Origin: a virus
Length of the DNA: 64,000 nucleotides
Reading direction: 5' to 3' (one strand)
Virus record (IMG/VR): IMGVR_UViG_3300032287_001394
In this document: in pieces, positions 56,017-64,000 of the stretch
How positions within the stretch are numbered: position 1 is the first letter of the stretch
Layout of the letters: every line of letters starts with the position of its first letter
Notes under the pieces: model-generated
What the model was told of the DNA's origin: nothing
Database searches by the model: none
The model's input: the letters and a program-made list of their open reading frames with translations, nothing else
Translations under genes and position numbers: made by a program

Positions 56017-56241
56017 ATGGCAGATGATATTTACGTAACCGTCGAAACTGAACAATTAGCAGAAGTCACTGCAGTTGGCATTCAAGGCCTTTCTGCGACT
56101 TCAAATAATTTGGCAGACATCAATGATGTCGATTTATCTATATTAACCAACGGTTCTTTATTGATTTATGATACTACAAACCTTAAATGGAAATCATCAA
56201 TATTTTTAGAACAGCAAGACATAACCGGGGGACAGTATTAA
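56017..56241 (+). CDS. Small fibre-associated protein
   Basis: LADINDVD...NGSLLIYD...KW...ITGGQY. Confidence 0.65.
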   Translation: MADDIYVTVETEQLAEVTAVGIQGLSATSNNLADINDVDLSILTNGSLLIYDTTNLKWKSSIFLEQQDITGGQY

Positions 56242-58572
56242 ATGGCAGCAATAATTAGAATAAAAAGATCAGCGACAGCAGGAAACCCTACAGTACTGGC
56301 GGCCGGTGAGTTAGCGTACTCGGCACTTGGTAATAACGACTCTAATGGTGGTGATCGTTTATACATTGGTATCGGTACAGAAACCGCAGGCGACGCGGCC
56401 AATCATATAGTTGTTGGTGGTAAGTACTTCACTGATCTACTTGATCATACTCGTGGTACACTAACAGCTAGTTCTGCACTAATCACAGATTCTAGTAGCA
56501 AGTTAGATAACCTTAAAGTTGATAACCTCGACTTAAACGGTAACACAATCTCTTCTACCGACACCAACGGTAATATTACTCTTACACCAAATGGTACTGG
56601 TAAATTAGTTCTTAATAATGTTTACATTAACGGAACTTCTGATACTCTTGCTGAGTATATCTACGATACAGTTGGTGGTGCAGTAACTGGTGGTACTGGC
56701 ATTACTATTACTAATGATGATGGTGGTAATACTTCTACTGTTTCTATTACTAATACAACAGTAACTGGTGCAGGAACTCCTGTTGGTTCTTCTACAGCTA
56801 TTCCAGTTATTACGTACAATGCACAAGGTCAATTAACTGCTGTATCAACTGCATCTATCAGTACTACTCTTGGTATTGCAGGCGACACTGGCACAGACTC
56901 TATTGCTCTTGCAACTGATACTCTAACATTTGCTGGTGGCGAAGGTATTGATACTGCTGTCAATTCTTCTACAAATACTGTAACCATTTCTGCAGAAGAT
57001 GCTTCTACATCTAATAAGGGTGTTGCTTCTTTTGCTGATGCAGACTTTAATGTAGCATCTGGAGCGGTTGAATTAAAAGACACAGTTGTTAAAACTGTTA
57101 CTACAGACTCTGGCGCTTTAACTCCTGCTACTCATGGATTCTCTATCCTTGGTGGAGAAGGTATTGATGTAACTCACGCTAGCTCAACTATTACTGTTGC
57201 TGGTGAAGATGCTTCTACAACTAATAAAGGTGTTGCTTCTTTCGCTGATGCGAACTTTACAGTTACTTCTGGTGCTGTCTCTACAAAGAATATTACTCTT
57301 GGTTCTTCAACTTTAACTAATGGTTCTACCACAACTGCTATTGCTGGTATTACTGAATTTACTGTTGACAATTTAAACTTTAATGGTAATACAATTACCT
57401 CAACAGATACTAATGGCGATATTATTTTATCTCCAAATGGTACTGGTAAAGTTGATGTTTCTGGTTCTATTATCACTGGATTAAATGAACCTGTAAATCC
57501 TACTGACGCCGCAACAAAGAACTATGTTGATACTGTTGCTGAAGGATTACATGTTCACGAAGCTGCACACGCTGCAACTACAAATACTCTTGCAGTATTA
57601 TCTGGTGGCACAGTAACATATAATAATGGTACGTTAGGCGTTGGCGCAACACTTACTCTTTCTGCCGGTTTATCTGCGATCGATGGACACACACTAACTA
57701 ATGGTGATCGCATCCTTGTTAAAAATCAAGCAAACCAAGCACATAACGGTATGTATGTTCGTACCAGTGCGACTGTTCTCACTCGTGCTTCTGACTTCGA
57801 CACTGCTGCAGAAATCGGTGGTGGTGACTTTACTTTTGTTGAAAATGGTACTTTATATGGAAACACTGGTTGGGTTCAGACAGTTGAAGTATTAACTGTT
57901 GGTACAGATAATGTTATCTGGCAACAGTTCTCTGGTACTGGTACATTTACAGCTGGTAATGGTTTAACGATCACTGGCACAGAGTTTAATGTTGTAGGTA
58001 CTGCTGATAGAATTACAGTAAACCCAGATAGTATTGACATCGCATCAACATATGTTGGTCAATCAACTATCACTACTCTTGGCACAATCGGTACTGGTGC
58101 TTGGCAAGGCAGTGTTATTGCTGGTGAATATGGTGGCACTGGTGTAGCGAATACTGGCAAGACTATCACTATTGGTGGTAACTTTACACATAGTGGCGCT
58201 CATACCTTAACACTAACCACTACTGCAAACACTGGCGTAACACTTCCAACTACTGGAACTTTAGCTACTTTAGCAGGTTCTGAGACATTCACCAATAAGA
58301 CTATTACTGGTGCGACTATCACTACTGGTAGTATTAACAATACTCCAATTGGTGCTTCAACTGCTAATAGTGGTGCATTTACAACTCTTGCAGCTTCTGG
58401 AGCCGTAACATTTACTTCTACTACTGATGCTTCTAATTTAACCACTGCAGCTGTTATTCTTTCTGGTGGTTTATCAGTTACCAAAGCAATGTATGTTGGT
58501 ACTAATATTACTGGGTCAGGTGCAGCAACTTCTACTCTCGATGGATTTAACATCGATGGTGGTACTTATTAA
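56242..58572 (+). CDS. Tail fibre / virion structural protein
   Basis: IRIKRS...LAAGELAY; DAATKNYVD; DRILVKNQ...NGMY; ends IDGGTY. Confidence 0.8.
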   Translation: MAAIIRIKRSATAGNPTVLAAGELAYSALGNNDSNGGDRLYIGIGTETAGDAANHIVVGGKYFTDLLDHTRGTLTASSALITDSSSKLDNLKVDNLDLNGNTISSTDTNGNITLTPNGTGKLVLNNVYINGTSDTLAEYIYDTVGGAVTGGTGITITNDDGGNTSTVSITNTTVTGAGTPVGSSTAIPVITYNAQGQLTAVSTASISTTLGIAGDTGTDSIALATDTLTFAGGEGIDTAVNSSTNTVTISAEDASTSNKGVASFADADFNVASGAVELKDTVVKTVTTDSGALTPATHGFSILGGEGIDVTHASSTITVAGEDASTTNKGVASFADANFTVTSGAVSTKNITLGSSTLTNGSTTTAIAGITEFTVDNLNFNGNTITSTDTNGDIILSPNGTGKVDVSGSIITGLNEPVNPTDAATKNYVDTVAEGLHVHEAAHAATTNTLAVLSGGTVTYNNGTLGVGATLTLSAGLSAIDGHTLTNGDRILVKNQANQAHNGMYVRTSATVLTRASDFDTAAEIGGGDFTFVENGTLYGNTGWVQTVEVLTVGTDNVIWQQFSGTGTFTAGNGLTITGTEFNVVGTADRITVNPDSIDIASTYVGQSTITTLGTIGTGAWQGSVIAGEYGGTGVANTGKTITIGGNFTHSGAHTLTLTTTANTGVTLPTTGTLATLAGSETFTNKTITGATITTGSINNTPIGASTANSGAFTTLAASGAVTFTSTTDASNLTTAAVILSGGLSVTKAMYVGTNITGSGAATSTLDGFNIDGGTY

Positions 58573-58652
58573 TTTGAACTAAATATCTGGTGGGTGAAAT
58601 TCCCACCCCAGTATATACTGGTTTGTTTTAATTCTACATAGAATAGGTTATA

Positions 58653-60047
58653 ATGGCTAATAAAGTCGTTCTCAAACGAAGTGCCGTACCAGGCAGAAAT
58701 CCGGGTGCAAGCGATCTTGCGCTTGGAGAGTTGGCACTCAACACATACGATGGTAACCTATTCTTTAAAAAAGACAGTGGAACTGCTTCCATTGTTGCAG
58801 TTACTACATTAGATGGCACACAAACCCTTACAAATAAGACTTTAACAAGTCCAGCAATAAGTAATCTTACAGTTACTGGCACAATAACTGCTGGTGGTGG
58901 TGTTGGAACAAATGGACAAGTTCTTGCTTCTACTGGAACAGGTGTTCAGTGGATATCTGTTGGCTTAGGATCTGGTGCTACAGGTGCCACAGGTGCTGCA
59001 GGTGTAAATGGTGCTACAGGTGCTAACGGTGATGCAGGTATAAATGGTGCCACTGGTGCTGCAGGTATAAATGGTGCCACTGGTGCTGCAGGTATAAATG
59101 GTGCCACTGGTCCTCAGGGTGCATCTGGTGTAGGTGCTACTGGTCCTCAGGGTCCTGCTGGTGCATCTGGTGTAGGAGGTAGTGGAGATGGTGCTACCGG
59201 TGCTACCGGTCCTACCGGAGCAAGCGGCGTTGCGGGTGCATCAGGTTATATAGGTTCTGACGGCGCTACTGGTCCTAGTGGAGCTGCTGGTGCGACAGGT
59301 ATTCAAGGTCCTGCTGGTGCATCTGGTGTAGGAGGTAGTGGAGACGGTGCTACTGGTCCTCAAGGTCCTGCTGGTGCATCAGGTTCACAGGGTGCATCTG
59401 GTGTAAGTGGAGGATTAAGCCCATGGGCGATCATATCATCTAATACAACAGCTGCAGCTGGAAACCAATATTTAGTTGACACCTCTGATGGCGGGTTTAT
59501 CATAACACTGCCAGCTTCTCCATCTGTTGGAGATCAAATCACTATTGCTGACAATGCAGATTTTAGTGTTAATAACTTAACGATAAGTGGTAATGGTCAA
59601 ACGATCGGTGGTGGTTCTACAACATTAATAGTTAATGAAGCTGAAGTAATACTTAATTTAGTATACAATTCAGTTACATGGAAATTATGGAAAAATAACT
59701 TCATAGTAGCAGCTTGGGATTATGAAGGTGATTTACAAACATTAACCGGATCAGAAGATCTAGATACTGGAACTGGAACGGTAGATTTAAATCTTGATAT
59801 TGGATCAGAAGATCTAGATACTGGAACTGGAACGGTAGATCTAAATACTGGAACTGGTACAGAAGATTTGAATCAACTCACAGGATTAGAGGGAGATTTA
59901 TTTTCATTGACTGGAGCAGAAGATTTGAATCTTGGCACAGGAATATTGGATCTAAATGAATTCCCAGGGTTAGTAGGAGATTTATTATCATTGGCTGGAA
60001 CAGAAGATTTGAATTCTGGAAGCGGCTCAAGTGACTTATCAAATTAA
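58653..60047 (+). CDS. Collagen-like fibre protein with acidic C-terminal repeats
   Basis: VLKRS...LALGELALNTYDG; Gly-X-Y tract (GAT/GAS/GPQ); YLVDTS..ITLPASPSVGD domain; EGDL..LTG.EDLN.GTG repeats. Confidence 0.8.
   Translation: MANKVVLKRSAVPGRNPGASDLALGELALNTYDGNLFFKKDSGTASIVAVTTLDGTQTLTNKTLTSPAISNLTVTGTITAGGGVGTNGQVLASTGTGVQWISVGLGSGATGATGAAGVNGATGANGDAGINGATGAAGINGATGAAGINGATGPQGASGVGATGPQGPAGASGVGGSGDGATGATGPTGASGVAGASGYIGSDGATGPSGAAGATGIQGPAGASGVGGSGDGATGPQGPAGASGSQGASGVSGGLSPWAIISSNTTAAAGNQYLVDTSDGGFIITLPASPSVGDQITIADNADFSVNNLTISGNGQTIGGGSTTLIVNEAEVILNLVYNSVTWKLWKNNFIVAAWDYEGDLQTLTGSEDLDTGTGTVDLNLDIGSEDLDTGTGTVDLNTGTGTEDLNQLTGLEGDLFSLTGAEDLNLGTGILDLNEFPGLVGDLLSLAGTEDLNSGSGSSDLSN
59748..59840 (+). 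repeat. 39-bp direct repeat (59748-59786 and 59802-59840)
   Basis: GGATCAGAAGATCTAGATACTGGAACTGGAACGGTAGAT occurs twice. Confidence 0.85.
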
Positions 60048-60138
60048 AAAAAATTAATTTACAGTATGAATATCGAGCATTAATTTTGTATAAATAATAA
60101 TAAACAGTACTGTGTATATTTAACAGAGGAAAATAAAA

Positions 60139-63100
60139 ATGCCAAAAACGCTACAACACAGAAGAGACACCACAGCAAATCTAGCATCGGTTACAGGTGC
60201 AGCTGGTGAGATTTTTTACGATACAACTAAAGATACTCTTGTTGTCATGGATGGAACGACTGCCGGTGGATTCCCACTAGAAAAAGAAGGTGCTGGTACA
60301 GGTGCAACAGGTATTCGTGGAGCTTCTGGTGTGCAAGGTGCTTCTGGTGTGCAAGGTGCTTCTGGTTCAACAGGATTAACAGGATCCACTGGTGCACAAG
60401 GTCCTCAAGGTAACTTTGGTGGTGCAACGTTTGATTACACATTTGATTCATCTACTACAGCATCAGATCCTGGTACTGGTAAGATACGCTTTAATGCGGC
60501 AGTGTCATCTGCAACAGCTATGTATATCGATGCTGCTAATGATGCAGCTACAAACATATCCTCATTCTTAAGTACTATTGACGACTCAACTTCAACTATC
60601 AAAGGTCATTTTAGAATATCTAAGAAGACTGATGAATCGGCATTTGCATTATACACAATAACATCATTAACAGACAATACAGGTTGGTTCACTGTTAATT
60701 GTTCATACGTTTCAGGTAACTCAACCTTTTCAAACTCAGATGACATCATCGTCACATTCCAACGTACTGGTGACAAAGGTGATACAGGTTTAACAGGTGC
60801 AACAGGTTCTGCTGGCACAAATGGTGCTACAGGTTCTGCTGGCACAAATGGTGCTACAGGTTCTGCTGGAGCTAACGGTGCTACTGGTGTAACTGGTGCT
60901 TCTGGTGTTGGTGCAACTGGCGTTGCTGGTGCATCTGGTGCAGACTCAACGGTTGCTGGTGCAACTGGTCCTGCAGGTGCTAACGGTGCGACTGGCGCTG
61001 CCGGTGCTTCAGGTGCTGGTGCAGCTGCAATATTTAATCAATGTGGCACACGTAATATAATTTCATGTTTGAGTCGCAGTACTACTGGTAACGACAACTT
61101 CTTCTCTGGTCGTTGTGCTGGTGGGGCAAGTGCCACTGGCAATTACAACAATCTAATGGGCACTTACGCTGGTACTAATTTAACCAGCGGCGCGGGAAAT
61201 AACTTCTTTGGTCGAAGAGCTGGTCAATCCGATACCACCGGCGGTTGCAATAACTTCCTTGGAGTAAGTGCTGGATTTTCCAGTACCACCGGCTCTGAAA
61301 ACAACTTCTTTGGTCGATTATCTGGTTACTATAACAGTAGTGGTAGTTATAACAACTTCTTTGGCCTATATGCAGGACACTGTAACACTGCTGGATGCCA
61401 TAACAACTACTTTGGTAAAATGGCTGGACGTTGCTCTAGAAACTCTAGTCATAATGTCTTCATTGGTATGTGTGCAGGTTACTACAATACCAGTGCTTGC
61501 AATAACATCTTTATGGGTTATTATGCTGGTAAGGGTACTACTGCTATCACAGGTAGCAACAATATCGCTCTAGGCTGCTACGCTGGGTGTGCTTTATCTA
61601 CTGGATTCAGTAACGTTATATTTGGTTATGCAGCTGCTATGGGGTTAACCTCTGGCTCCAATAACTTCATTTCAGGTAATTCAGCAGCTCAATTAATGAC
61701 CACTGGTTGTTATAACACTATAATCGGTAATAATGCTGGACGCAACACAACTACTGCTAGCCATAACATCTTCATTGGTATGTGTGCGGGTAATAAAACT
61801 ACCTCAGCAGTAAATAACATCTTCTTAGGTCGAGTGGCTGGTTTCTGTAATACCACTGGTGCTTGTAACTTCTTTGCTGGACACTATGCTGCTTATAAAA
61901 ATACCACTGGTAGTAATAACGTCTACATTGGTTACTTAACTGGTGGATGTAATACTTCTGGTAACTATAATACTGGGCTTACATCTAATGCTCTTTTCTC
62001 TAACACCACTGGTAACTATAATACAGCCATTGGTCAAAAAGCTGGTTACTGTAATACCACTGGTAGTAACAACGCCTTCTTTGGAATGTGTGCTGGTTAC
62101 GCTAATACTACTGGCACTAATAACATATTTATAGGTTGCACTGCTGGTCTATGCAATACCATTGGCACTCAAAACATTTTCTTAGGTGATGATGTTGGTT
62201 TCCGCAATACCACTGGCAACAACAATATCTTCATTGGTCAATGTGCTGGTTGTTGTAACGTAACAGGTAGCAGTAACTTAATCATCGGAGCATACACAGC
62301 TGGTGGTAATATAAACAACACTATCTTCTTGAAAGCAGGCACTAACAACCTACAAGTATGTGGCAGTGGCTGCTTGTTAGTCAACGGTTCTGCCGTAGGT
62401 GGTGGTGGCAGTTCAGTATTCGTACAATGTGGCACAGCTAACATCACCAGTTGCCTAAGTGGCACCGGTGCATCTGGCACAGATAACATCTTGATTGGAT
62501 GTTCTGCTGGTTTCTGCAATACCACTGGTAGTTGCAACTTCTTCGCTGGTTTCTGTGCTGGCTTCAAGAATACCACTGGCAGAAATAATACCTTTATTGG
62601 CTCTCAAACTGGGTGCAGTAATACTGTTGGTAGGGATAATTTCTTCGTTGGCTCAAATGCTGGTAGATCAAATACTTCTGGTGGATACAACAATTTCTTT
62701 GGTGTAGAAAGTGGAAATTGTAATACCTCTGGCAGCCATAACAATTTCTTTGGTCGTGGATCTGGACGATGCAATACTAGTGGCGGCTGTAACTTCTTCT
62801 CTGGTTACTATGCTGGCTTCAATAATACCACTGGCGACAACAACATCTTCCTTGGTTGTTATGCTGGTAAATCCAATACTGGTGGTTATGCTAATATAGC
62901 AATTGGCGGGTGCAGTGGGTGCGGATTAACCACTGGTTGCTTTAACACCGTAATTGGATGTAAGGCAGGTCAACGTCTACAGACTGGCAGTCATAACTTT
63001 TTAAGTGGATTTGCTGTCGGTGTATACGGACAAACTCAATCTCATACTATTGCTATAGGTTTTTGCTCCGGCGCATATACTGGCCAGTCAGGAACTCCAC

Positions 63101-64000
63101 AGGATAATATATTCCTTGGAAGATGTAGTGGTTATAAAACTACATCAAGTTGTCATAACATATTTGTTGGTAGCTGTGCTGGTTTCTGCAACGTTGATGG
63201 CGCTAATAATATATTTTTAGGACAGAATGCTGGTATAGATCTTTCTGCATCATGTTCAAATCAAATTGTATTGAAAGCAGGTACTAATGAACTTAAAGTA
63301 GATTCAGGTGGTTGCTTAACACTTAATGGCTCAGCTGTAGGTGGTGGTGGTAGTAGTGTATTCCTCCAATGTGGTACCCGTAACATCTCTAGTTGCCTAA
63401 GTGGCACCGGTGCATCTGGCACAGATAACATCTTCATTGGTTTCTGTGCTGGTTTGAACAATACCACTGGCAGCAACAACAACTTCTTTGGAAAATGTGC
63501 TGGTGGTTTCTGTGCTGGCAGCGACAACAACTTCTTTGGTTGCTATGCTGGTAAAGGCAACTATGGCAATAACAACACTTTCATCGGTGCGCGTGCTGGC
63601 ATGTCCAATACCACTGGCGCTGACAACTTCTTCGTTGGTAAATATGCTGGTTACCTCAATAACATTGGTAGGAGGAATACCTTCATTGGTTATCAGGCTG
63701 GCTACAGTAATACCACTGGCTGCAGTAACACCTTCATTGGTTATCAGGCTGGCTACACTAATACCACTGGAAATAACAACACATTCATTGGTTGTGCTGC
63801 TGGTAAGTACAATACCACTGGCAGCCGCAATAACTTCTTTGGTAACTATACTGGTCGCAGCAATACCACTGGTAACCAGAATAACTTCTTTGGCGGTTCT
63901 GCTGGCTTCAGTAATACCACTGGCAGTGACAACTTCTTCGGTGGAGATGCTGCAGGTTATAACAATACCACTGGCAGCAACAACAACTTCATTGGTTTTC
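60139..64000 (+). CDS. Very long Cys-rich tail fibre/adhesin (3' end outside window)
   Basis: TATAAATA at 60089-60096 and AGAGGA SD; MPKTLQHRRDTT...GEIFYDTTKDTLVVMDG.TAGG (Mtd-N-like); collagen-like tracts; then many N-x-F-x-G-x-x-A-G-x-x-N-T-T-G repeats. No stop seen by eye; absent from the ORF track, presumably because it is unterminated. Confidence 0.85.
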   Translation, partial: MPKTLQHRRDTTANLASVTGAAGEIFYDTTKDTLVVMDGTTAGGFPLEKEGAGTGATGIRGASGVQGASGVQGASGSTGLTGSTGAQGPQGNFGGATFDYTFDSSTTASDPGTGKIRFNAAVSSATAMYIDAANDAATNISSFLSTIDDSTSTIKGHFRISKKTDESAFALYTITSLTDNTGWFTVNCSYVSGNSTFSNSDDIIVTFQRTGDKGDTGLTGATGSAGTNGATGSAGTNGATGSAGANGATGVTGASGVGATGVAGASGADSTVAGATGPAGANGATGAAGASGAGAAAIFNQCGTRNIISCLSRSTTGNDNFFSGRCAGGASATGNYNNLMGTYAGTNLTSGAGNNFFGRRAGQSDTTGGCNNFLGVSAGFSSTTGSENNFFGRLSGYYNSSGSYNNFFGLYAGHCNTAGCHNNYFGKMAGRCSRNSSHNVFIGMCAGYYNTSACNNIFMGYYAGKGTTAITGSNNIALGCYAGCALSTGFSNVIFGYAAAMGLTSGSNNFISGNSAAQLMTTGCYNTIIGNNAGRNTTTASHNIFIGMCAGNKTTSAVNNIFLGRVAGFCNTTGACNFFAGHYAAYKNTTGSNNVYIGYLTGGCNTSGNYNTGLTSNALFSNTTGNYNTAIGQKAGYCNTTGSNNAFFGMCAGYANTTGTNNIFIGCTAGLCNTIGTQNIFLGDDVGFRNTTGNNNIFIGQCAGCCNVTGSSNLIIGAYTAGGNINNTIFLKAGTNNLQVCGSGCLLVNGSAVGGGGSSVFVQCGTANITSCLSGTGASGTDNILIGCSAGFCNTTGSCNFFAGFCAGFKNTTGRNNTFIGSQTGCSNTVGRDNFFVGSNAGRSNTSGGYNNFFGVESGNCNTSGSHNNFFGRGSGRCNTSGGCNFFSGYYAGFNNTTGDNNIFLGCYAGKSNTGGYANIAIGGCSGCGLTTGCFNTVIGCKAGQRLQTGSHNFLSGFAVGVYGQTQSHTIAIGFCSGAYTGQSGTPQDNIFLGRCSGYKTTSSCHNIFVGSCAGFCNVDGANNIFLGQNAGIDLSASCSNQIVLKAGTNELKVDSGGCLTLNGSAVGGGGSSVFLQCGTRNISSCLSGTGASGTDNIFIGFCAGLNNTTGSNNNFFGKCAGGFCAGSDNNFFGCYAGKGNYGNNNTFIGARAGMSNTTGADNFFVGKYAGYLNNIGRRNTFIGYQAGYSNTTGCSNTFIGYQAGYTNTTGNNNTFIGCAAGKYNTTGSRNNFFGNYTGRSNTTGNQNNFFGGSAGFSNTTGSDNFFGGDAAGYNNTTGSNNNFIGF

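Noticed and set aside
58589-58626. GGTGGG/CCCACC hairpin and CCAGTATATACTGG palindrome between fibre genes
   Set aside because: Probably a weak terminator or processing hairpin; too short to support a stronger claim.
60139-64000. Possible diversity-generating retroelement target (Mtd-like N-terminus, AAC-rich repeats)
   Set aside because: There is no reverse transcriptase in the window, the repeats are in-frame coding, and their differences are not confined to adenines.
1-64000. Stop-codon reassignment, introns or inteins
   Set aside because: Recognisable core genes read full length in the standard code, and TAA, TAG and TGA all occur as stops. No homing endonuclease or intein motif was noticed.

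Overview
A 64-kb segment of an AT-rich T4-like (Tevenvirinae/Kyanoviridae-type) myophage genome. The host cannot be determined from this window. From left to right: (1) an accessory block with a FecR-domain protein, a secreted NIDO/curlin-repeat protein, a PlcP-like phosphoesterase plus an Agt-like GT4 glycosyltransferase, and a CHASE2 adenylate cyclase; (2) an early/middle block with a recurring sigma70-type promoter, tRNA(CAU), dsbA, rnh, a denV-like gene, a GH19 endolysin, an exonuclease, SleB, ClpP and genes 33/59/32; (3) a minus-strand block (tape-measure-like gene, 51, 26, 16, an EF-hand membrane protein, 54, 2, 4); (4) baseplate genes 48, 53, hub, 5, PAAR, 25, 6, 7, 8, a large virion protein and fibres; (5) a ~9.5-kb cluster inside the tail-fibre region that encodes six radical SAM enzymes, a JmjC/cupin oxygenase, three unknown proteins and a 175-aa protein ending in CHSSCHSACHSSRGRR; (6) further fibre genes, ending in a Cys-rich fibre that runs off the window. 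Block 5 is the best candidate for an undescribed system: a phage-encoded RiPP-like machine that may modify a virion protein. Other leads are a plcP-agt lipid-remodelling pair, a probable -1 frameshift joining gp26 and gp51, an H-type pseudoknot before the lysis genes, and structured RNA elements next to the tRNA. All product calls come from motif recognition by eye; no database searches were run.
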